Shown: positions 17,204-27,047, counted from the stretch's first letter. The stretch is DNA of 55,277 bases from Promethearchaeota archaeon (GCA_019057865.1 JAHLWP010000030.1:1-55277), one strand, 5' to 3'. The notes: generated by a model from the sequence alone, not told the origin. A program made the numbers and translations.

Positions 17204-18256
17204 ATGGATAAAATGCTTGCGGCAGTTTTTCATAAAACTAAAAAGAATGGTGGCGGTGAAGTAGAGCTTGAACAGTTGGAAATACCTCAAATCACTAAAA
17301 ATAATGAAATATTAATTGAAGTAAAAGCATGTGGTATATGCGGGACAGATTTAAAAATAATAGATGGTGGACACCCGGCAAATGATAATACTATTTTAGG
17401 TCATGAGTTTGTCGGTGTTGTTAAAGAATTAGGTAGTGATATACGAGATTTAAAACAAGGGGATAAAGTAGTTGTTGATCCAAATGAAAAATGCGGCTAT
17501 TGCATCAATTGTCGTAGAGGATTATCAAATCTCTGTGATTTTATGGCGACCGGTACAACTTTTGGCATATTTCAAAATGGAGGGTTCGCAAAATATTGTG
17601 TTTTGCCAAGAAGTGCAATCTTTAAACTTCCAAATGATATTGATATTACCTCAGCAGCTTTAATAGAACCCCTCTCTTGCGCAGTTCATTGTCATAATAT
17701 TGCTGATGTCAAAGAATCTGATAATGTGGTCATTATGGGAGCGGGACCAATGGGCCTAATAATTGAGTCTGTTATTAGAAAACATCCAATAAAGAGATTA
17801 ATTTCAGTAGAAATAGATGAATGGAGAATTCAAAAAGCTTTTGAATTAGGAGCTGATCAAGTTATTAATCCAAAAAATCAAGATCTTAAGAAAGAAGTAA
17901 TGAAGCTAACTGACGAACAAGGTGCTGATGTTATTATTGATGCCGTGGGTATTTCAGAAACATTTGAGAATGCTTTAAAGATTTGGGCGCCCGGTGCAAG
18001 ACTAATCTTGTTTGGGCAAGATTTCCGCGCTGAAGCTATGATAAAGCCTAATGATATTGTTCGATACCAAAGAAAAATCATGGGCTCCTATATAGGCTAT
18101 GCTGAAGATTTTTTAGATGCTATTGAATTAATCGCAAATAAAATTATTGATATAGATAAAATCATTACTCATAAAATTCCATTAGAAGAATTAATCTCAA
18201 CAGGCTTTAAGTTAATGAAAGAACGCAAATGCATTAAGATAATTACAAAACCATAA
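17204..18256 (+). CDS. Zn-dependent alcohol/polyol dehydrogenase (MDR)
   Basis: CGICGTD, GHE, CGYCINC...C and GAGPMG motifs; uninterrupted. Confidence 0.9.
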   Translation: MDKMLAAVFHKTKKNGGGEVELEQLEIPQITKNNEILIEVKACGICGTDLKIIDGGHPANDNTILGHEFVGVVKELGSDIRDLKQGDKVVVDPNEKCGYCINCRRGLSNLCDFMATGTTFGIFQNGGFAKYCVLPRSAIFKLPNDIDITSAALIEPLSCAVHCHNIADVKESDNVVIMGAGPMGLIIESVIRKHPIKRLISVEIDEWRIQKAFELGADQVINPKNQDLKKEVMKLTDEQGADVIIDAVGISETFENALKIWAPGARLILFGQDFRAEAMIKPNDIVRYQRKIMGSYIGYAEDFLDAIELIANKIIDIDKIITHKIPLEELISTGFKLMKERKCIKIITKP

Positions 18257-18276
18257 ATTTGATATTGGTGATAATT

Positions 18277-18819
18277 ATGCCATATGATTTATCTGTTTTT
18301 AAGGTTTTAATAAAGAAAATTTTTCCTCCAAAAAAATGTGTCTATACTTTAGATACAACCGGGAATGGGAAAGCGGATTCTGTCCAAATTAAGGCTCTTA
18401 ATGTAATTATTCCCTTTGTTATTCCTGAGAATATTAAAATTGGTGATTTTAATATTCAAACCTTTGATATGAATAACATTGATATCTCTAAATATGCAAA
18501 AATTTATTTAGATAATGAACTGTTAAATATATCTAAAGAAAATGTTAATTTAGACACAATTCAAGAACGAATAATGATATATCATGGAGGAGAATTGTTT
18601 ACATTAAACAATATTTTAGAGGGTAAATTAATTGGAAGAACTATAGCTCTTGGTGATAATATAAGTATTATTTTAAAATTAGATGAGAGTTCTTTAGAAA
18701 AATTAACGGAAGGTAAACATATTTTTAAAATCGAAAGCGATATTATTACTGGAATAGAAATACACTTCGAATTAGATAAGAATAATATGAATCTTAGATT
18801 CGATTCAAATAACACTTAA
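18277..18819 (+). CDS. hypothetical protein
   Basis: ATG at 18277 after GGTGAT SD; no recognised motif. Confidence 0.6.
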   Translation: MPYDLSVFKVLIKKIFPPKKCVYTLDTTGNGKADSVQIKALNVIIPFVIPENIKIGDFNIQTFDMNNIDISKYAKIYLDNELLNISKENVNLDTIQERIMIYHGGELFTLNNILEGKLIGRTIALGDNISIILKLDESSLEKLTEGKHIFKIESDIITGIEIHFELDKNNMNLRFDSNNT

Positions 18820-18896
18820 GTTTAACATAAATTGAAATCTTAAGAAAGAATATTGGACTTTTTATTTATGATTTGAAATAGTTTTAAGAGAGTGAT

Positions 18897-19415
18897 ATGG
18901 CTATTACAAAAGTTAGCAGTAAGGTTAACATAGGCAATTTACATGAATATATGAAGATCCAATTTACTTGCCCCATCTGTAAATCTAAGAAAGTGTTAAA
19001 AGTTCCTAAATCAGTTATCAATCAAGCAAAACAGCTAACTACAATGTCAATAGCAAAAGGATTGGTTTGTGAACACCAATTTCAAGCATTTGTTGATAAA
19101 AATTTTAACGTACGAGGGTACCAAAAAGTAGATTTTGAATTTGAAAATAACAAAGTTGAAAATCAAAATAGTGAAATTAAAGATTTTAATGATTCAGACG
19201 ATGATCTTTTTGTAAACTTAATTATGGAAGGAAATTACCTCGAATATAAACCAAGAAAATCGAAAATTCAAAATAACAATAATCAAAAAAAGAAAGAAAT
19301 GACTTTAAAAGATATGTATGAAGAATTTTGGGAATTTATTGATGATGATAACGAGGAATTCAGTGAATTCATTAAAAATGATGTCCTGAGAAGGAAATAT
19401 AACTCTTTTTGTTAA
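18897..19415 (+). CDS. hypothetical Zn-finger protein
   Basis: CPIC...VCEHQFQAFVDKNFNVRGYQKVD. Confidence 0.6.
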   Translation: MAITKVSSKVNIGNLHEYMKIQFTCPICKSKKVLKVPKSVINQAKQLTTMSIAKGLVCEHQFQAFVDKNFNVRGYQKVDFEFENNKVENQNSEIKDFNDSDDDLFVNLIMEGNYLEYKPRKSKIQNNNNQKKKEMTLKDMYEEFWEFIDDDNEEFSEFIKNDVLRRKYNSFC

Positions 19416-19422
19416 AAATTAA

Positions 19423-19560
19423 TGGTGCCAAGAGAGGGATTTGAACCCCCGATACCCAGATCTTCAGTTTCACCTTTATCGGTAAATCCGATGGATCTGG
19501 TGCGTTCCTACCCGATAATGGGAAACCCTAACAATTATCACCGGGCTACGCCACCTTGGC
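19423..19560 (-). tRNA. tRNA-Phe(GAA) with two introns: 33 nt in the D-loop (19508-19540) and 28 nt at about 30/31 (19469-19496); CCA encoded
   Basis: Acceptor GCCAAGG/TCTTGGC, D arm GCGT/ACGC, spliced anticodon arm CCAGA-CTGAAGA-TCTGG. BHB helices GCCC/GGGT and CACC/GGTG. Confidence 0.9.
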
Positions 19561-19784
19561 TTCTGAAGAAAATTTGAAAGTTTTAATTAAAAATAAATTT
19601 TTAAAATCTCAAAATTTGTAATTTAAAAAGTATAAAATATCATATAAAGTTTATTTCATTAAAAGTGCTAATCTTTTTTCTTTTGGGAATTTTTCACTAG
19701 CATATCTAAGGATTAAGCGAGTTAACTTATCCTTATTTTCTATTAAATAATTATAAATCAATTCCGGATTATATTTAGAACAAG
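19550..19784. repeat. direct repeat copy 1 (tRNA-Phe 5' 11 nt, upstream spacer, alkD 3' end)
   Basis: Matches 22815-23040. Confidence 0.9.
19651..19783 (-). pseudogene. C-terminal fragment of the AlkD-like gene
   Basis: Encodes CSKYNPELIYNYLIENKDKLTRLILRYASEKFPKEKRLALLMK*, versus ...LMENKDKLTRLILRYASEKLPKEKRSAILVK* in 22907..23656. Confidence 0.85.
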
Positions 19785-19865
19785 CTAAATCTATAAATTT
19801 ATAAATGGTCTAAAAGTTAAGTATATAATATCTAATCATATCATAGCTTTTGCCTTTCTTTAGAG

Positions 19866-20801
19866 GTGAGTAAAATTATTAATAAAATAATGTCTATGAA
19901 AGAGGCAATAGGAAAAAATGTCCAAAATAGAGATTTAGTTTTTTTAGGTGGGTTTGGTAACGGTATGACATTTTCCGCTGCTCATGAAATGATAAGACAA
20001 AAGAAAAGAGATCTAAAAGTGAGTAAATGCAGTGGGGGAATCCTCTTTGATCAATTGATAGGTGCGGGTGTAACAAACCATATTATTACCTCCCATTGTT
20101 GGAATGGTACAGGTCCACAGCCAGCATGGAATCTTAAACGAGCTATGGAGGAAGGAATACCTCAAAAAATAATTTACAATGAACAATCGCTATTTATGAT
20201 TAACATGTCTTTTTTTGCTGGCTACATGGGTATACCTTTTGTACCAATTCGTTCGATTGTTGGAACTGGTATTTTTGATCATCCAAAAGAAGTTGGATTA
20301 AAAGCTGCAACAGTGAAATGTCCATTTACTGGGGAAGAGATTTGTGTTGTACCTGCGATAAATCCTGACGTAGGAGTGATTCAGGTTCAACGAGCAGATA
20401 GCGAAGGAAATGCCCAACTTTGGGGACTAATAGGAGATACTAAATATGGAATTAATACCTGCAAAAAAATTATCGTAGCAGCAGAGGAAATTGTGGATAA
20501 AAGAATTATTATGGAGTCTCCTGAGCGTACAATTGTAGGTGCCCATAAAGTTGATGCTGTAGTGCATGAACCATGGGGTGCCCATCCTAGCAGTATGCAA
20601 GGTTTTTACTATACAGACTTAGAATATAGATTTAATTATGCTAAGGAGACAAAGACAATTGAGGATTGGGAAAATTGGCTTGGAAAATGGATTACTGGGG
20701 TCAATGATCGACAGGAATATTTGAAAGTGCTGGGAGAGGAAAAAATAAAATTTCTGAAAGCTAAAAGTCTAATACAAGGAGCTGTTGATTATGGGTTCTA
20801 A
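19866..20801 (+). CDS. family I CoA-transferase subunit A (glutaconate CoA-transferase-like)
   Basis: DQLIGAG, VPAINPDVGVIQVQRADSEGNAQ and EPWGAHPS motifs. Confidence 0.85.
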   Translation: MSKIINKIMSMKEAIGKNVQNRDLVFLGGFGNGMTFSAAHEMIRQKKRDLKVSKCSGGILFDQLIGAGVTNHIITSHCWNGTGPQPAWNLKRAMEEGIPQKIIYNEQSLFMINMSFFAGYMGIPFVPIRSIVGTGIFDHPKEVGLKAATVKCPFTGEEICVVPAINPDVGVIQVQRADSEGNAQLWGLIGDTKYGINTCKKIIVAAEEIVDKRIIMESPERTIVGAHKVDAVVHEPWGAHPSSMQGFYYTDLEYRFNYAKETKTIEDWENWLGKWITGVNDRQEYLKVLGEEKIKFLKAKSLIQGAVDYGF

Positions 20802-21630
20802 TGATAGAGAGTTTTGTACAGAATATACCGGTTTTGAAATGATGTTGGTATCGGCGTGCAGACAAATTAAAAATGATGATATTGTATTTAATGCTTTTCA
20901 TTGGCCTTTTCTCGCCGTCCATATGGCAAAATTACTTCATTGCCCCGATCTTTTCTCAGTTTTAGAAGTTGGATTATTTCAGGATGAACTTGCTAAGCCA
21001 AATAAAATGCCATACTCGATTAGTGATCCCGTTCTAGTCCCAAATTCATTATTCGTAGGAGATTCTATTGATGCACTGTCGATTCTTCAACGTGGAGAAA
21101 TAACAGTGGCTCTTTTAAGTACTTCTATGGTTGATAAATATGGTAATTGTAATACTACAGTAGTTGGTCCTTATGAAAAACCCATTTATAGATTACCAGG
21201 AGGGGGTGGAGCTACCGAAATCGCGGGTTTATCAAAAAGATTGATTTGGCTTATAGATGACCACTCAAAACGCAGATTTCCCAAAAAAATAGACTATATT
21301 ACTGATCCTGGATATTTAGATGGATATGATAGTAGGTTAAAAGCGGGATATCCTCCTGATACAGGTCCAGAGTCTATAATCACGCCATTCTGTATAATGC
21401 GATTCAACCCGATAACCAAAGAAGCCTTTCTGGAGGCTCTACATCCAAATATTACAATAGAGCAAGTAAAAGAGAACACTGGCTGGGATTTAAAAGTTGC
21501 TAAAGAAGTGAAACAAATTGATCCACCAACTCTTAGAGAAATCGAAATTTGCCGAAAAACTATGAGAGATGCAATCGATCAATATTTTTTATTAAAACCA
21601 GAATGGACTACTTATTTAGATAAAGATTAA
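20791..21630 (+). CDS. family I CoA-transferase subunit B
   Basis: VDKYGNCNTTVVG, RLPGGGGA and YITDPG motifs. Confidence 0.85.
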   Translation: MGSNDREFCTEYTGFEMMLVSACRQIKNDDIVFNAFHWPFLAVHMAKLLHCPDLFSVLEVGLFQDELAKPNKMPYSISDPVLVPNSLFVGDSIDALSILQRGEITVALLSTSMVDKYGNCNTTVVGPYEKPIYRLPGGGGATEIAGLSKRLIWLIDDHSKRRFPKKIDYITDPGYLDGYDSRLKAGYPPDTGPESIITPFCIMRFNPITKEAFLEALHPNITIEQVKENTGWDLKVAKEVKQIDPPTLREIEICRKTMRDAIDQYFLLKPEWTTYLDKD

Positions 21631-21767
21631 TTATTAAATTCATAATATTTTAATTAATAATTTTAAAATTGTTATTTATTATCAAGTAAACAACTCTGTC
21701 AATAAGTATTAAATATTCTAAAACTAAACATAAACTAGATTTGTTATAATAAGAAAGTTTAGCAGAA

Positions 21768-22223
21768 ATGTCAAAAAATAAAGATACTTTAAAGTTTTTT
21801 CAAGCTTACGTTAAAGAAATGATTGATATTGGGGGAATTAATTTACCCAAAGCAATTTCAGTAAAATCTGGTTCAAAGTTAGGTAAGTTTTATAAAGAAA
21901 GAGGGTCAGTATTCGATATGGAAGTCGTCTTAAAGCAGTTTTATACTGGCTTGAGAGGAAAACCAACGATAATAAAATTAAATGACAATAATTTTGATGT
22001 GAGTGTAAAATTTTCTAAAAAATTTTGTCCAATCGGTGGGATTCATAATCCCTCTCGAGGTTCTGTTTTTCAAGAAAATATATGTATTCCCTATATGAGA
22101 GGATTTTTAAGTGAATTATTTCCTCAATTGACGACTGAAGCTGATTTTTTAAATTGTATCCCGCTTAATAACCAAAGAACTTGTCATTATATTTTAAAAG
22201 TTAGAGATAAAAAAATAAATTAG
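21768..22223 (+). CDS. V4R-like / small-ligand-binding domain protein
   Basis: FCPIGG...ICIPYMRGFL...CI...TCHY cysteine pattern. Confidence 0.5.
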   Translation: MSKNKDTLKFFQAYVKEMIDIGGINLPKAISVKSGSKLGKFYKERGSVFDMEVVLKQFYTGLRGKPTIIKLNDNNFDVSVKFSKKFCPIGGIHNPSRGSVFQENICIPYMRGFLSELFPQLTTEADFLNCIPLNNQRTCHYILKVRDKKIN

Positions 22224-22286
22224 TTTATCAAGTATTAAATTTTTTTTTTTTCTTGATTCTTGATACCTTTACAATTTTATTTATTT

Positions 22287-22757
22287 TTAAAGAGAATAAA
22301 ATCTTGAAAGTTTTAAAGCCACACAGCACGGCTTTGATTCCCCTTCTACATAGATTTTGAAATCAAACTCTACATCATATGCTCACTCTCCAATTTCCCT
22401 AACATTGACAACTTTCGCAATTAATCTAATACGTTTGCCTACTGGGGTTGGAGCAGGAAACCGAATTTTGTTCCAGCCATAATTTATCGTCATTCGCGTA
22501 TTTATTGAAGTATAGAGTTGAGAGAATAATTTAGAATAAGCTATAGAAAGCAGCCAATTACCGTGTGCAACTGTGACTCCATAAGGAGACTCTCTTTTGG
22601 CACGCTCAGGATCTACATGAATCCACTGCATATCATCTACTATTTTTCCATATTCATTTATCTCCTCCTGAGTTACTTTAAACCAATCAGAAGTTCCGAT
22701 CTCTTTACCAGCATAATTCTTCCAATCAGCTGGACTTATTTTTAATCTTGTCGTTAT
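22287..22757 (-). pseudogene. MaoC/NodN-like dehydratase with ATA start and in-frame TGA at 22383-22385
   Basis: One frame reads GTSDWFKVTQEEI...DDMQWIHVDPERAK...AHG...NYGWNKIRFPAP...EIGE*AYDVEF...KPCCVA. Confidence 0.8.
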
Positions 22758-22814
22758 TATTTACCCCACATTCGAATCATTTCTCTTGAAATAAGAAATC
22801 TCATAATTTCTGCT

Positions 22815-23040
22815 GCCACCTTGGCATCTAAAAAAGGGTGAAAGTTTTAAATAATTTTAAAATCTCAAAATTTGTAATTTAAAAAGTATAAAATATCATA
22901 TAAAGTTTATTTCACTAAAATTGCTGATCTTTTTTCTTTTGGGAGTTTTTCGCTAGCATATCTAAGGATTAAGCGTGTTAACTTATCCTTATTTTCCATT
23001 AAATAATTATAAATCAATTCCGGATTATACTTAGAACAAG
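22815..23040. repeat. direct repeat copy 2
   Basis: Begins GCCACCTTGGC (tRNA-Phe 5' end on the minus strand) and runs into the alkD 3' end. Confidence 0.9.
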
Positions 23041-23656
23041 TTTTAAGAAGCCAGCCAATTCCTTTTTCTATATAGTTATGCTCAGAAAATTTTAACATTT
23101 TATCAACAAGATTCAATACGTATGAATTGTCGAAGTCTCTTTTCATCATAACAATTTTAAGCAAAATTACCATAGAGGCTCGTTGAATCCACATCACATT
23201 GGAAGTAGACCATTTATCTATCACTTTTATTGCTAATTCTTCATTTCCTTTTTTCCCTAAAAAGGGGCCGATAACTCTTATACATGTGCTATCACACACA
23301 CTCCAAGTGTTACAATATTTAGAATATTCCCTTTGGAAGAGCTTGATTGTATCTTCATTAAAAAATTTTTTAAATCTATTTAGAAAAAAGAAGGCAGCAA
23401 ACTTCTCATCCTCATTATTTGAGTGTAATAAAACTTTGAAAATTTCAACAGCATCCTCATAATTACATTCATATGAGTTAAAAACTGTCTTTACAATATT
23501 CTCAATTTCAGAAGTTTTGATACCATAAATTTCATAATTTGAAATATCTGGATTTATAATTTTAAACATTCTGGACTTTTGGTCTTTAGTAAGGGTAGGC
23601 ACTCTGTCCTTCAAAAGATTTCTTATATCTTCAACAATTTTTTCAATATTACTCAT
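22907..23656 (-). CDS. DNA alkylation repair protein (AlkD-like, HEAT repeats)
   Basis: NTWSVCD, WIQRAS and YIEKGIGWLLK motifs. Confidence 0.85.
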   Translation of the reverse strand: MSNIEKIVEDIRNLLKDRVPTLTKDQKSRMFKIINPDISNYEIYGIKTSEIENIVKTVFNSYECNYEDAVEIFKVLLHSNNEDEKFAAFFFLNRFKKFFNEDTIKLFQREYSKYCNTWSVCDSTCIRVIGPFLGKKGNEELAIKVIDKWSTSNVMWIQRASMVILLKIVMMKRDFDNSYVLNLVDKMLKFSEHNYIEKGIGWLLKTCSKYNPELIYNYLMENKDKLTRLILRYASEKLPKEKRSAILVK

Positions 23657-24792
23657 AAAAATTTATCCAGTCCCTTTTTTAGTTTTAATTCTTTGCTTTT
23701 TTCTAAATAGGATTCAATAAATTCTATAATGTTTTTTGTAAAATTCCTTAATGTATTTAATTCTCCTCTCTTATAAACGTCTATAATAGATTCCTTTAAA
23801 TTATTAAGATTAAGCCCTGCCCACATCATTGTTTTATTTGATTTTCCTGTTTTAACAGCTTTTATATATTCTGTATTTAATAGAAGCTCAGAAATTTTAT
23901 AATTCCATTTTCGATAATCCTTTGGAATCCATCTTTTTATTCGGATAGGAATATTATATTTCTCAGCAAGGTTATACAATTTTGAATGTAATTTTCTTGC
24001 ATATTCTGCTGGAGGATGCATTTGTCCTTTGTATAAATCTAAAAGTGATTTAACAATATGCCCATATTTACTATCTTTCAACTTTTTAATAAAAAATTCA
24101 GCTTGCGAATCGCGCATAGTTAAACCAGGAGAAAATAAAACAAAGTCAGCACCAGCTTCCTTAGATTGCTTGAAAACATCCTCTAAATTCTCATCATCAT
24201 CTTCTATAAATGGAATAATTGGGATAAAATATGTTCCAACTTGAATATTTGGCGCTTGCTTTTTGATAGTTGTTAAAGCCTCTAATCTTTCAGAAGGAGG
24301 TGATGAGTGTGGTTCTAGAAATTTTGCAAGAACTTCATTTGTAGTACTGATTGAAAATCCTACTGTACACCAAGTATTATCTGCTATTTTTTTTAAAATA
24401 TCAATATCTCTTGTAACTAGTTTTGATTTTGTAGCGATATTAAGTGGAAATTGGTGTTTGGCAATAACTTGTAAGACTTTTTTTGTGTTTTTAACCTTTT
24501 TTTCAATAGGTTGATAAGCATCGTTAACACCTCCCGGAGCAATAACATCAGGAAGTAATTTTCGAGCTCTTTTCAATCTATTATCTAATTTTTTAGCAAA
24601 ATCAGTTTTGATTATAACTTCATTTTCAAAATCTTGATCTAAATAATATCGTTGACTTCTTGCATCACAGTAAATACACGCATGAGCACACCCAGAATAT
24701 GTATTCAAAGTATACCGAGACCAAAACCATGAATCTGGATATTTTAAAATATTTAATGTGCTTTTAAACTCTCTATAGATGTATTTAACCAT
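23653..24792 (-). CDS. radical SAM protein (SplB-like DNA repair family)
   Basis: NTYSGCAHACIYCDA, DAYQPIE and TKS motifs; 4-bp overlap with alkD. Confidence 0.85.
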   Translation of the reverse strand: MVKYIYREFKSTLNILKYPDSWFWSRYTLNTYSGCAHACIYCDARSQRYYLDQDFENEVIIKTDFAKKLDNRLKRARKLLPDVIAPGGVNDAYQPIEKKVKNTKKVLQVIAKHQFPLNIATKSKLVTRDIDILKKIADNTWCTVGFSISTTNEVLAKFLEPHSSPPSERLEALTTIKKQAPNIQVGTYFIPIIPFIEDDDENLEDVFKQSKEAGADFVLFSPGLTMRDSQAEFFIKKLKDSKYGHIVKSLLDLYKGQMHPPAEYARKLHSKLYNLAEKYNIPIRIKRWIPKDYRKWNYKISELLLNTEYIKAVKTGKSNKTMMWAGLNLNNLKESIIDVYKRGELNTLRNFTKNIIEFIESYLEKSKELKLKKGLDKFL

Positions 24793-24878
24793 GTTAAGGA
24801 TTATTATTTTGTATTTCTCAATAATACTCTAAAGAATTTAATAATTATGAAAGTAAAGGTGAAATTCTTTTTAAGAAA

Positions 24879-24951
24879 TGAAAAAACGCCTGTTAAATAA
24901 TATCAAAAGTGAATTCAATATGGAAATTATTTAGCTATTGGCGTTTTTTCA
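24879..24951. repeat. long hairpin A (12-bp terminal inverted repeat)
   Basis: TGAAAAAACGCC...GGCGTTTTTTCA plus inner GTTAAATAAT/ATTATTTAGC. Confidence 0.75.
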
Positions 24952-25072
24952 CTACATTAATACAAATTTGTAAATATAAAATTATGGTTTTTAAAATATA
25001 GAAATTTGGTGATTACTGCTTACAATTTTAAATTTTTTAATGAATTAATAAGGGAAAAAGACGTATATAAGG

Positions 25073-25155
25073 TGAAAAAAACGCCCATTTAAAGAGAGCT
25101 GAAAAATATTTTAATAGTTAATAACAATAAAATATTCCTTTAGGCGTTTTTTTCA
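25073..25155. repeat. long hairpin B (13-bp terminal inverted repeat)
   Basis: TGAAAAAAACGCC...GGCGTTTTTTTCA plus inner AATATTTTA/TAAAATATT. Confidence 0.75.
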
Positions 25156-25322
25156 AATTTATCACAAAAATTTAAAAATTTAATTATTTCTATTGTAAAA
25201 AATATGTGTTAGGTTTTGAGTTACTTGTCCTAATAATCTGAAGATCGTGAAACCCCTCTTTTACGATAATTTATTAATACTTAGGTGATACATTCCATTT
25301 TGTCTTAATATAGAATTATTAT

Positions 25323-25655
25323 TTATTGTTCACGCCAAGTATATTTACATTTTACACATCTAAAAAAATGAGTCATTGGTTCATCAGCACCTCTGATCTG
25401 TATTTGCCAAGTTTCTGCCTCTTTATGGTCACATTTAGGGCAAAATTTACTAGTTTTTGGATATACTGATATATCTTCAGATACTATTACTAAATTTTTT
25501 TCTAAAGCTTTACTCTTTCTCTGTATATTTTGTTCTATTTTTTCAATATCCTTTTCAAGTGGTTTTTGATAACCACATTTACAAGCTAGGTATGATCTCC
25601 CATTCACTTTCTTTTTCCTCAGCAAACCTGAGCATTCAGGACAAAATTCAACCAT
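25323..25655 (-). CDS. tfs: transcription factor S (TFS/RpoM)
   Basis: FCPEC...CKCG and CPKC...QIRGADEPMTHFFRCVKC. Confidence 0.93.
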   Translation of the reverse strand: MVEFCPECSGLLRKKKVNGRSYLACKCGYQKPLEKDIEKIEQNIQRKSKALEKNLVIVSEDISVYPKTSKFCPKCDHKEAETWQIQIRGADEPMTHFFRCVKCKYTWREQ

Positions 25656-25739
25656 AATTATGATTTTTTAATGTGTTAAATACCTTTAAAAAATAATAAT
25701 TTTTAAAAAATTTTATTCTATTTCGAAAAATAAGATAAT

Positions 25740-26063
25740 TTAAATTAAGTCTAGCTGTTTTTTGATTTCATATAATTTTTGGTAATATTCAAAATTCAAA
25801 TTTTTTTTGTCTTGAATGATATCTGCTATAAGTGATTTTTCTCCTGCCATACTAATTTCAATTTCTCCGAAAATATTAATTAAATCATTTCTATCAAACC
25901 TAAAATCAACGTTTTTAACATCTACTTCTATTTCTCCTGTTTTATCGTCCAATATTATATTTTCATTATCAACTATTTCTTTTACATAACCAGTAATTTG
26001 TATTCGTAAATCATCATCTTTTATATCTTTGATAATTCTTGGTTTTGCATGCTGTTTTGACAT
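25740..26063 (-). CDS. small OB-fold protein, RPA3/RPA14-like
   Basis: ILDDKTGEIEV OB motif; lies in the replication gene cluster. Confidence 0.65.
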   Translation of the reverse strand: MSKQHAKPRIIKDIKDDDLRIQITGYVKEIVDNENIILDDKTGEIEVDVKNVDFRFDRNDLINIFGEIEISMAGEKSLIADIIQDKKNLNFEYYQKLYEIKKQLDLI

Positions 26064-26243
26064 TTTTTTATTAAATATAAATCATTTAATTATTCAATAT
26101 AACATTCAAAATTTAAGATAACTATAAATAATTAATTTAAAACCTAAAATTGATCTTATTAAAACACTAATATTAAATATTATTAATAATGTCAATAAAA
26201 CAATATTATCTTAATTAGTATGGAATTAATGTGCTGAAAGAAT

Positions 26244-27047
26244 ATGAGTTTTACATTAAAATTGGAAAATAGTCGGGTTTTAAAAGGAATTGTTGAAACT
26301 CTAGCTAGTATAATTGACGAAACTGAATTTCGAGTCACTACTAAAGATTTTACCATCTCTGCGATGGATCCAAGTCGAATCTGTTTGTTAAAACTAGCTA
26401 TAAAAAAAGATGATTTTGATGAGTTTAAGTGTAGTCAAGAAACTAAAGTAGGATTAAATTTGGATGACCTTGATAAAATTTTAAAAAGAAGTGCAGCAAA
26501 TGATTCTGTCGAGATAGAATTTAATGAGACTGACCAAAAAATTAAAATTGAAATGCAAAGAGAAGGCACTTCACGCAAAAGAACATTTAGTTTAGCACGA
26601 TTAGATATTGATATTGAAGAAATCCCTATGGATAAACTATTAGAAATTGACTATCCCTCAACATGGGTAATTGAACCTGACTTTTTAGTTGAAGCAATTA
26701 AAGATGCTGAAATCTATTCAGATATTCTCAATATGAAATCAATTGAAAAAAAAGGATTAGTATTTAGTTCTTCCGGACAAATTGGTGAAATGGTATATGA
26801 TCTTAATGAAGATGATTTAATTGACTCAAATATAAAAGGAACTAGTAGCGGATCATATTCACTAACTTTTTTGAAAGCAATATTAAAAATAGCATCAATT
26901 ACCGAAAAATTAGAGATCTCGCTAAAATCTGATCATCCATTGAAAATGATATTTAACATACTTGAAGGTGGAGAACTAAGTTATTTCCTTGCCCCCAGAG
27001 TCGAAGAGGTAGAATTTGAAGGAGATGAAGATTTGGATGAATTTTAA
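26244..27047 (+). CDS. pcn: PCNA sliding clamp
   Basis: AMDPSRICLL and YFLAPRVEE motifs. Confidence 0.97.
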   Translation: MSFTLKLENSRVLKGIVETLASIIDETEFRVTTKDFTISAMDPSRICLLKLAIKKDDFDEFKCSQETKVGLNLDDLDKILKRSAANDSVEIEFNETDQKIKIEMQREGTSRKRTFSLARLDIDIEEIPMDKLLEIDYPSTWVIEPDFLVEAIKDAEIYSDILNMKSIEKKGLVFSSSGQIGEMVYDLNEDDLIDSNIKGTSSGSYSLTFLKAILKIASITEKLEISLKSDHPLKMIFNILEGGELSYFLAPRVEEVEFEGDEDLDEF

